A stretch of DNA of 64,000 nucleotides from assembly GCA_022616555.1 (NCBI GenBank), contig JAKEEG010000091.1, forward strand, positions 1,016 to 65,015, in the 5' to 3' direction. Positions 40,296 through 47,621 of this stretch are shown one piece after another. The translations under genes and the position numbers were made by a program. The notes below the pieces were generated by a model. It was not told where the DNA came from, did not search any database, and saw only the letters and a program-made list of their open reading frames with translations. How positions within the stretch are numbered: position 1 is the stretch's first letter; the number at the start of each line of letters is the position of its first letter. This DNA is from Ignavibacteriota bacterium. Lineage in GTDB: Bacteria; Bacteroidota; Ignavibacteria; UBA10030.

Positions 40296-40339
40296 GTTTG
40301 TACAATTTTGGTAAAAAGATTGTACAAATTTTGTAAAAC
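40296..40339. repeat. Tandem ~22-bp direct repeat containing the palindromic core TTGTACAA
   Basis: TTGTACAATTTTGGTAAAAAGA followed by TTGTACAAATTTTGTAAAACCG. The TTTTGTAA motif recurs again at 40376–40394. Confidence 0.7.
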
Positions 40340-40342
40340 CGC

Positions 40343-40369
40343 GTAGGGGCGTATAATATACGCCCCTAC
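40343..40369. repeat. REP-like palindrome GTAGGGGCGTATAATATACGCCCCTAC
   Basis: It has the same GTAGGGG…CCCCTAC arms as the RAYT-associated REPs and lies in the non-coding tail of the tcmP islet. Confidence 0.75.
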
Positions 40370-40487
40370 AAAAACATTTTGTAATTTTTACAATAATGTA
40401 ATTTCAATGAATACCAATATATACCGGGAAATGGTATTTGTCAACTCGAATTTTAGAAAAACTTTACTCGAAATTTAGAATACGTTG

Positions 40488-41360
40488 TTACAACACCGTA
40501 TAACTCACGCCAAACGCCAGCGTTTCCTTCACCTGTGTGCGCGGGTTTACTTTTTTATCGTTAATCACCTGTGCGTTCACCTTCACAATGAAGTATTTGC
40601 TCACCTGCACCGCCAGAGTATTATCGCTCCTGAGCGAAAAATCGCGGTATCGCTTGAACGGCGAGAAGAGCTCGATCTTCGACGTAAACAACACTTGCTC
40701 TTCGATTTTCCATTCGACCTCGGTAATCGATTCCAAGCCGCCGTCGGTTTTAATGCGCTCGACAACCGTTGTCGCTGGGTCGTCCGCATAGCCGACGAAT
40801 TTTGAAGTGATAATCTCGCGCAGCGCAGCGCCAAGCCGCGTCTTGACTTGAGGAATGGGCTGGTAGCCGATGCCGATACTTTGCGTCAGGTACGCCGGGT
40901 CGAAGAATTTCGAAACGACCGTTTCATTTCCCGCGGCGTCGTACTGCACGCCTTTGGTGAACTGCGTTTTCATTGTCGCTCCGGCATAGGGGTTTACGTG
41001 CAATCCAAATTTATAGGTAAAGACCGATTGCAAGTCGATCTTGTCATCCGTCTTTCGAAGTCCCTGACCGCTTAAACGCGTCTGACCGAACGCAAGCTTG
41101 TAGGTGTGCGCCCAGTTCAATTTGGAAACATCCAATTCCGTTTTGCCGTCTGCGGAGACGGCGTAGGCGAGCGCGTTTTGTCCGCCCTGCGCCCAGTTGG
41201 TGTGGGAGACCTGCGTGAAGGTCAACGCTCCGACGAGGCTGTGCTTCCACGGACCCGGCGGCAATGGAAGCGGAGCGGCCGTGTCGGGCTTCGTTTCTTG
41301 AAATGCGTAGAGCGGAATGAAAAAAAATAGCGACAGTACAACAACTATAGACTTCTTCAT
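40488..41360 (-). CDS. Secreted beta-barrel protein (DUF3078-like)
   Basis: A signal peptide (MKKSIVVVLSLFFFIPLYA) followed by an alternating hydrophobic beta-strand pattern and an NWAQGG motif. Confidence 0.5.
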   Translation of the reverse strand: MKKSIVVVLSLFFFIPLYAFQETKPDTAAPLPLPPGPWKHSLVGALTFTQVSHTNWAQGGQNALAYAVSADGKTELDVSKLNWAHTYKLAFGQTRLSGQGLRKTDDKIDLQSVFTYKFGLHVNPYAGATMKTQFTKGVQYDAAGNETVVSKFFDPAYLTQSIGIGYQPIPQVKTRLGAALREIITSKFVGYADDPATTVVERIKTDGGLESITEVEWKIEEQVLFTSKIELFSPFKRYRDFSLRSDNTLAVQVSKYFIVKVNAQVINDKKVNPRTQVKETLAFGVSYTVL

Positions 41361-41369
41361 AGTATCCCC

Positions 41370-42572
41370 CTATTTAAGAATAGCAATCACTTCTTCCTGC
41401 ATCGGTTCGCCAGTGACGATCACTTCGCGGTTGGCGGAGATAAACACGTCGATCTCGCTGCGCACGCCGAATTTTCCCGGGAGGTACACGCCCGGTTCAA
41501 TGGAGAACGACGTCATAAGAATAACCTTCCGCTCGTCACGTGTTTCCAAATTATCCATGTTCGCGCCGTTGCCATGGATTTCCTCGCCGATGGAATGTCC
41601 CGTGCGATGTACAAAATACTCGCCATAGCCCTTGGATTGAATATATTCCCGCGCTGCATCATCTACCTGATAGCCGTAAATCTCTTTCCCCACTTTAAAC
41701 GATGAACGCACAAAATTCAGGGCGGAGTCGCGGCCGCCTCTCACAACGTCGAATATCAGCTTGTAGTCATCCGGCACACTCGCACCGACAAAGCCCGTCC
41801 AAGTGATATCCGCGTACACTGAGTGGGGCTTGTCCTTCTTTGCCCATAAATCGATCAGCACGAAGTCCCCTTCATGGATTGGACTGTGCACATCTTTCGT
41901 CGGTTCATAATGCGGGTTAGCGCTGTTGGCGTTGACTGAGCAGTTCGGGTCGCTGTCAGTTTTAATGCCACGACGTTTGAATTCGTCCAACATAAACTGC
42001 TGAACGTCGTACTCCGTCAACGCCCGTTTGGAGCGAATTTGTTCCCTGATGAACCCAAACGTCAGGTCGACGATCTGGCGTAAATGTTTTGCCGTCTCGA
42101 AATTATCCCGCGCCTGCTCGTCCGTCCACCGCGCTTCAAAGCGCTGGACGAGGTTCATCGATGAAACAACTTCAACACCAGCTTCCCGCACGAGTTCTAT
42201 AGTTCCTCCATCAACATTAGAGACATACGGAATGGCGTTTCGCTGGGAGTATTCCATCGCAACCCGCTTGGCTCCATTGAGGATGGTCTTTAGTCCATCC
42301 TCCAACGATTTCCAACTCAAATACACCTGTTTCTTACCGGGCAGGGCGTCAAGATTCCACTGCTCGATATTATGGACGAGCTTCTTCGGTTCGCCTTTAG
42401 CGGGAATAAAATAAAAATACCGGCGTGTTTGCAGAATATGTTCCGGCAAAGCCAGCACGCGTGTGGCAAAGACGTTCGAGCCGCGAAAATTATACAACAG
42501 CCAGCCGTCAATTTTCTCTTCTTGCAGGGCTTGCTGGATTTCCTGGATTTTTTGCGTGTAATCTTGGGGCAT
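41370..42572 (-). CDS. M24-family metallopeptidase (Xaa-Pro aminopeptidase / creatinase-like)
   Basis: The C-terminal pita-bread domain carries HRTGHSIG and the EPG…E metal ligands. Confidence 0.85.
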   Translation of the reverse strand: MPQDYTQKIQEIQQALQEEKIDGWLLYNFRGSNVFATRVLALPEHILQTRRYFYFIPAKGEPKKLVHNIEQWNLDALPGKKQVYLSWKSLEDGLKTILNGAKRVAMEYSQRNAIPYVSNVDGGTIELVREAGVEVVSSMNLVQRFEARWTDEQARDNFETAKHLRQIVDLTFGFIREQIRSKRALTEYDVQQFMLDEFKRRGIKTDSDPNCSVNANSANPHYEPTKDVHSPIHEGDFVLIDLWAKKDKPHSVYADITWTGFVGASVPDDYKLIFDVVRGGRDSALNFVRSSFKVGKEIYGYQVDDAAREYIQSKGYGEYFVHRTGHSIGEEIHGNGANMDNLETRDERKVILMTSFSIEPGVYLPGKFGVRSEIDVFISANREVIVTGEPMQEEVIAILK

Positions 42573-42631
42573 GAAAAGCTTCCTTATATAGCGTCAAATG
42601 CAAAAAATGTTTTATAGTTCTTCATTGGCTA

Positions 42632-42679
42632 CCCCTGCGGCTCAAACAGCGAGCCGCGTCCCCCTTGATGAAGAGGGGC
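42632..42679. repeat. G-rich palindromic intergenic element (CCCCTGCG-hairpin-CGTCCCCCTT…AGGGG)
   Basis: CCCCTGCGGCTCAAACAGCGAGCCGCGTCCCCCTTGATGAAGAGGGG; related to the elements at 59357 and 63822. Confidence 0.7.
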
Positions 42680-42790
42680 AAAAAATAATGGCACGGATTT
42701 CCCCTTCTTACTAATCGCAATATACGCAACAAAAATAAAAAAGCCCGCAACGTTGTGCGCCGCTGGCTTGGTGTGCGGTTCAGTAAAGCC

Positions 42791-43960
42791 TCATTTCCCT
42801 ACCAGCTCGATTTCGTGTTCTACTTCATGCTCAGTGCGCTTTGGCACGTAGGCTTTTTTCTTCTGGCCGTTGCGCTTGCGCATGTATTTCTCTTCCGGGA
42901 CTGGTAATTCCGGCTCGGTCTCTGGCACATCGGGATAGGTATAGACTTCGTACTTGAAATTACGGAGCAGAATATCGTTCCCGTTCCTGCCCAGGACATA
43001 CTGCGGCAGGAGGGGTATTTTCCCTCCCCCACCCGGAGCGTCAATGACAAAATACGGCACGGCAAGTCCGGATGTATGTCCGCGCAGCTTGTCCATAATC
43101 TCCAGGCCAACACGCACCGGCGTGCGGAAATAATTCGTGCCTTTCGTAATGTCCGCCTGATATATATAGTACGGACGCACGCGCATTTTGAGAAGCTTGC
43201 GGTGAAGCTCCAGCATGACATCCGGGTCGTCGTTGACACCCTTCATCAACACAGCCTGGTTGCCGACTGGACAGCCCGCGTCGGCGAGCATCGCGCAGGC
43301 GCGTTCGGCTTCCGGCGTGCACTCCCACGGGTGGTTAAAATGCGTGTTAACATAAATAGGATGATACTTTTTGATCATCTTGCACAGCTTGGCTGTAATG
43401 CGCTGGGGAAGCACGCAGGGCATTTTGGTGCCGAGCCGTATGATTTCCACATGCGGGATGGCACGCAAACCGGCGAGAATACGCTCAAGCACATAGTCCG
43501 TCACCATCAGCGGGTCGCCGCCGGAAAGAACAACGTCGCGCACCTCGGGATGCGCAGCAATGTAGTCGATACCGTCCTGAATCCACTTGGAATTGATCTT
43601 ACTCGAATCGCTTACTTTCCGCTTACGAGTGCAGAAGCGGCAATACATGGAGCACTGGCTGGTGACCAAGAACAACACGCGGTCGGGATAGCGATGCGTG
43701 ATGCTCGGCACCGGGCTATCAGCTTCTTCGTTGAGCGGGTCCTCAGGAAAGCCGTCGTCTTCCAATTCTTTGGCGTCGGGAATACACTGCAGCCAGATCG
43801 GGTCGCCGGGGTAGCGAATCAAGCTGAGATAGTACGGATTGATCCGTGTGTGAAACAGCTTGTTCAGTTTTTCTGCGAGGTCCTTATCAAATCCAAATCT
43901 CTCAACTAAATCCTTGCTGCTATCGACGCTCTCCCGCAACAGCTCTTGCCAGAGTTCCAT
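42791..43960 (-). CDS. kamA: Lysine 2,3-aminomutase (radical SAM, PLP-dependent)
   Basis: CSMYCRFCTRK (the CxxxCxxC radical-SAM cluster) plus the KamA-family core; full-length similarity. Confidence 0.9.
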   Translation of the reverse strand: MELWQELLRESVDSSKDLVERFGFDKDLAEKLNKLFHTRINPYYLSLIRYPGDPIWLQCIPDAKELEDDGFPEDPLNEEADSPVPSITHRYPDRVLFLVTSQCSMYCRFCTRKRKVSDSSKINSKWIQDGIDYIAAHPEVRDVVLSGGDPLMVTDYVLERILAGLRAIPHVEIIRLGTKMPCVLPQRITAKLCKMIKKYHPIYVNTHFNHPWECTPEAERACAMLADAGCPVGNQAVLMKGVNDDPDVMLELHRKLLKMRVRPYYIYQADITKGTNYFRTPVRVGLEIMDKLRGHTSGLAVPYFVIDAPGGGGKIPLLPQYVLGRNGNDILLRNFKYEVYTYPDVPETEPELPVPEEKYMRKRNGQKKKAYVPKRTEHEVEHEIELVGK

Positions 43961-44008
43961 ATCGTCAGCCTCTTCCTTCCGTTGTTGATGGATTTACAGC
44001 TTGTAACC

Positions 44009-45109
44009 CTACCTGCTACGTTCGAGCGCATGCTCGACAATCTTGCACACTGTGTCCTCGAACGTCAATCCGTACACCCGCGCGGAGCGCGCAAAGCCCG
44101 CGTCATCGGAGATGTCGGGGTTCGGATTAACTTCGATAACGTACGGCGTAAAATTCTTCGTCAGCCGGATGTCGACGCGCGCATAATCGCGCAATCCTAT
44201 AATTTTAAACGCACGGAGAGCGATCTCCTTCGCCCGCTTCTCGACGTCGGCCGGTATCTTTGCCGGACATACGCCCACCGTGCCGATGAACTCCGGCGAG
44301 CCTTGCATCCACTTCGCGTTGTAGGTAACAATCTTCGGATAATCTTCCGGCAAACCGGAGAAATCGATTTCGGAAATCGGAAGCGCGACCGCGCGCTTGT
44401 TGCCAAGGATACCGACATTGATCTCCCTGCCGTCGATGTATTCTTCAACAAGCGCGGGCTGCTCGTACTCGCTGAAGATATACCGGACACGCTTTCGGAG
44501 CGCCTGCATGTCGTCTACAACCGAATCGTTCTCAATGCCGATGCTAGCATCCTCGCGCGAAGGCTTGACGATGAGAGGAAAGTTCAAATCGAAGTGGTTC
44601 CCATCAAGCTCTCCGATGTTTTGAAACATTGCGGAGCGGGGCGTAAGTAACTTATGCGCTGTGAGGATTTCCTTCACACGCGCTTTCTGCAAACACGTGC
44701 CGAGAGCGAACGCTCCTGCTCCGGTATAAGGAACGCCCATCAGTTCATAAATGCCGGCGACATGCATTTCATGGATAGCCAAGTTACCGACAGACTCGCA
44801 CAGGTTAAAAATCAAATCCGGTTTCTTCAGTTCGAGGAATCGGATAAGCCGCTTGATGTCGCCGTTCATATTAAAGAGCGACGTATTGTAGCCTGCGCCT
44901 TCGAGAACCCGTTGAACATGCTCGCGTTCCTCCAGCACGCCGACTTCGGAGAGGTCAATCGATTCCGGACTTAGCCCGGCTAACAACTGCTCGCGTGTCG
45001 CAAATTCCTCGATCTTCCCATTCTGCGAAACATACTTCCTCACACCGTTCGTTTCAGTCGTCGGCTCATTAAAGATAACCGCGACATGGACTTTTCTTGC
45101 CATCAGCAC
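44009..45109 (-). CDS. ATP-grasp ligase, D-alanine--D-alanine ligase family (non-canonical Ddl paralogue)
   Basis: A pre-ATP-grasp region and an ATP-grasp core (…IVKPSREDASIGI…EEYIDGREINVGILG…). It lacks the canonical Ddl HGxxGEDG motif. Confidence 0.8.
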   Translation of the reverse strand: MLMARKVHVAVIFNEPTTETNGVRKYVSQNGKIEEFATREQLLAGLSPESIDLSEVGVLEEREHVQRVLEGAGYNTSLFNMNGDIKRLIRFLELKKPDLIFNLCESVGNLAIHEMHVAGIYELMGVPYTGAGAFALGTCLQKARVKEILTAHKLLTPRSAMFQNIGELDGNHFDLNFPLIVKPSREDASIGIENDSVVDDMQALRKRVRYIFSEYEQPALVEEYIDGREINVGILGNKRAVALPISEIDFSGLPEDYPKIVTYNAKWMQGSPEFIGTVGVCPAKIPADVEKRAKEIALRAFKIIGLRDYARVDIRLTKNFTPYVIEVNPNPDISDDAGFARSARVYGLTFEDTVCKIVEHALERSR

Positions 45110-45142
45110 CCTCAGATTGTTGTTGGATTCGTGTACACCTGC

Positions 45143-45781
45143 TCAGCTCTTCGCGTATTCTCCTACCGTACGTTCCAACTCGTCAAGCTCATCGATGATC
45201 GCATCTCCAAAATAATACCGCACTTCCTCCCGGACTCCTCTGTAGAGAGTCTCGCCGCTATCCAAACACACAAGCGATTTATCGTCAATTTCCACCGCCG
45301 GAACCAACGCGCCGCCGTCATACGTGAGCGGAAACAAACAGCTAATCATAGGTTTCAGCTCGTGGTAGTCTATTCCCTTCTCTATACTATAGCTATGGAG
45401 CATGCACCCGCGCCCATTTTTATTGAGAAAAATGCAGCCACGTTCGTTGGTTTGTGTACGGGTGCAACTCCCCCCGGGGTACTCCTCCTCTGTCCAAAAT
45501 TCGTCAACGAACCACCGGTCCTTTGGAATACCGGTAAATTGTTCCAAACCGGCGGCATGCTGTTCAATCCGACGCAAATTTTTGATATCGACATCAACGC
45601 CAAATGAACAACACCAGTCGTTGCAGAATGTGCAAGACGAACAATGCGTGAAATACTTGATGCGAAAAATATCCGTCTCAACAGAGCCAATGTTCGGTGT
45701 TCCGTAAATACTTGGATAAACCAGACGCAGTTCCTGAATCATCGGCTCCTTAACGTCCCATTCCGTGCCGCGCCAGAGCAT
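45143..45781 (-). CDS. Cysteine-rich hypothetical protein (CxxCxxCxxxCC motif; YkgJ-type metal-chelating-like)
   Basis: YFTHCSSCTFCNDWCCSFG together with additional Cys/His residues. It is embedded between the two ATP-grasp genes and overlaps the upstream one. Confidence 0.5.
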   Translation of the reverse strand: MLWRGTEWDVKEPMIQELRLVYPSIYGTPNIGSVETDIFRIKYFTHCSSCTFCNDWCCSFGVDVDIKNLRRIEQHAAGLEQFTGIPKDRWFVDEFWTEEEYPGGSCTRTQTNERGCIFLNKNGRGCMLHSYSIEKGIDYHELKPMISCLFPLTYDGGALVPAVEIDDKSLVCLDSGETLYRGVREEVRYYFGDAIIDELDELERTVGEYAKS

Positions 45782-46859
45782 TATCGAGCACGTTATTCAA
45801 CAATTGATTGTAATTGATTCCCACTTTCCTCGCCGCCATCGGAAAACACGAGTGGTCGTCCGGGTTCGGTAAAATACCCGGGAGCGGGTTTAACTCAATA
45901 ATATTCGGTTCGCCCGTTTCATCCAGCCGCACGTCCATACGACACCAATCGCGCACACGCAAGACGGTGTATGCCTGCTTGCATATTTCTTGAATCCGCG
46001 CGTCAAGCGCGGCATCAATATTCGCGGGGCAGTCGTACATGTTAATGGGATGGTCAGGCTGGTCCCACATCCATTTGGCTTCGTAGGAATAAATCGGGTT
46101 CGCACCCGGCGGCAACTTGTCGAGCCTCACTTCCACTACTGGCAGAACCCTCACTGATTCACCATTGCCTAATAACGCGACAGTAAATTCCCTGCCCGAT
46201 AAAAATTTCTCGACAAGCGCCGGTTCATCGTACTGTTCCAGCACGCGCTTGACTTCCCGGTGCAATTCTTCGGGAGTGCGCACGATGGAAGAATTCAGCA
46301 CGCCTTTGCTGGATCCCTCATAGAGCGGTTTTACGACGGCAGGAAACGGAGCCTGGATGCTGTTTAACTCTTCGAGAGACGAAACGACCACAAATGGAGC
46401 CGTGGGAATCTTATAGTGCGAGAGAATTTCTTTGGCGCGCGATTTATCAAGACAGATGCCAAGCGTGACGGGGTCTGAGCCAGTGTAGGGAATACCAAGA
46501 AATTCGAGAAAGGCGGGAACTTGCGCTTCGCGGGATGCTCCACGCAAGCCTTCGGCAATATTGAACACGATATCCGGCCGAAGAGCCGATAGTTTCTGGA
46601 AGGCGTCCTCGTTGGCTTCGATGAGGGTGACAGTGTGCCCTTCTTCCAGTGCTGCTTTGACGGCTTGAATGGTTTCTTCACTATCCCATTCAAGATATGT
46701 ATCGTCTCTCGTTAACTTCGCTTTCACAGGCGCGAGGACCTCTACTGTGTCGTCGGCGCTTTCCTCCCGCACGTGTTCGTTCGTCTCAACTTCGGTGTTA
46801 CCGTTCTTCACATTGTAGACGAGAGCGACATGCAATCGTCGTAACAAGCAGTCGTTCAA
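45750..46859 (-). CDS. ATP-grasp ligase, D-alanine--D-alanine ligase family (second paralogue)
   Basis: Same architecture as 44009–45109 (…VVKPLYEGSSKGV…EKFLSGREFTVALLG…). An acidic N-terminal extension is present. Confidence 0.8.
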   Translation of the reverse strand: MNDCLLRRLHVALVYNVKNGNTEVETNEHVREESADDTVEVLAPVKAKLTRDDTYLEWDSEETIQAVKAALEEGHTVTLIEANEDAFQKLSALRPDIVFNIAEGLRGASREAQVPAFLEFLGIPYTGSDPVTLGICLDKSRAKEILSHYKIPTAPFVVVSSLEELNSIQAPFPAVVKPLYEGSSKGVLNSSIVRTPEELHREVKRVLEQYDEPALVEKFLSGREFTVALLGNGESVRVLPVVEVRLDKLPPGANPIYSYEAKWMWDQPDHPINMYDCPANIDAALDARIQEICKQAYTVLRVRDWCRMDVRLDETGEPNIIELNPLPGILPNPDDHSCFPMAARKVGINYNQLLNNVLDNALARHGMGR

Positions 46860-46881
46860 CCTTTCGTTGGTGAGCGATGTG

Positions 46882-47049
46882 CATCGTTCTGGTGAACGAT
46901 GTTCTGTTCTCGTACGAACGAACAGAAGTACTTGCTACAAATATAACCTTTTTACAGTCTGTGTCAAGCATTTTAGGCGTTCGCGCGCATTTTTTTCGCG
47001 ATCGTACTTGACACGAGTCGCGAAAAGTTTTCGCGTTACGAACAACGCG
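46882..47049. promoter_or_regulatory. Palindrome-dense intergenic region upstream of the ATP-grasp/kamA operon
   Basis: Four inverted repeats sharing CGTACGA/ACGAAC cores: CATCGTTCtggtGAACGATG (46882–46901), TTCTGTTC-TCGTACGAAC-GAACAGAA (46902–46927), TTTTCGCGA…TCGCGAAAA (46993–47026) and CGCGTTacgaacAACGCG (47032–47049). Confidence 0.45.
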
Positions 47050-47129
47050 CGGAGAGATAAACACGCGAGCGCATAGAGCAACTGACGACGGAGAAAAACA
47101 AGGTAAGAGAATGAGAGGTTGATGACCGA

Positions 47130-47621
47130 TTAGTTGACGCCGAAGTCCATTCCGCACTTCGGACACGTCGTTGCATCGGGTGGAACGAGCGCTTTGCAGT
47201 TCTCGCAGTAGAAGAACTGATCCTGAGGGTCGGCGGCGCTATCTTCTTGTGCTTCAACGTCTTCGAGCGTTGTTGTTCGTTCCACTCTGGTGTCGTCGTA
47301 TTGCTTTTGAGTGGTAAACCACGCCCTCGCCGCCATGGCGAACGAGAATAGCGAGATGATCCAGCTCTGGATGGAACCTGTCTGAAGCGCCTGATAGAGG
47401 AAGAACCCGGCTACCGCCAGACCAACGACGGTGCTAAAGACCCTCGAAGACGTAACGGGCTGGGAAGGCGAGTCTGATCCGCTTCGGAAGCCGCTCGTGA
47501 GCCGCTCCCACCAGGATTCAGACTTCACATAGCCACAGTGGGGACAAAAGCTCGCCGCTTTGAGGAATGTTTTCCCGCAGCGCGGGCATGTCTGCTCGGC
47601 ATAAAGGTTTTCGCTACTCAC
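47130..47621 (-). CDS. Double zinc-ribbon membrane protein (hypothetical)
   Basis: CPRCG…CPHCG at the N-terminus and CENC…CPKCG at the C-terminus, with one TM helix between them. Confidence 0.5.
   Translation of the reverse strand: MSSENLYAEQTCPRCGKTFLKAASFCPHCGYVKSESWWERLTSGFRSGSDSPSQPVTSSRVFSTVVGLAVAGFFLYQALQTGSIQSWIISLFSFAMAARAWFTTQKQYDDTRVERTTTLEDVEAQEDSAADPQDQFFYCENCKALVPPDATTCPKCGMDFGVN

Noticed and set aside
40296-40339. Tandem direct repeats that could be mistaken for a mini CRISPR array.
   Set aside because: There are only two imperfect repeat units with no spacers of CRISPR-like length, and no cas genes in the window.
42791-43960. kamA as part of a lysine-to-butyrate fermentation cluster.
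   Set aside because: No kamD/kamE (B12-dependent beta-lysine 5,6-aminomutase), kdd, kce or kal genes are nearby. The neighbours are ATP-grasp ligases, which points to biosynthesis instead.
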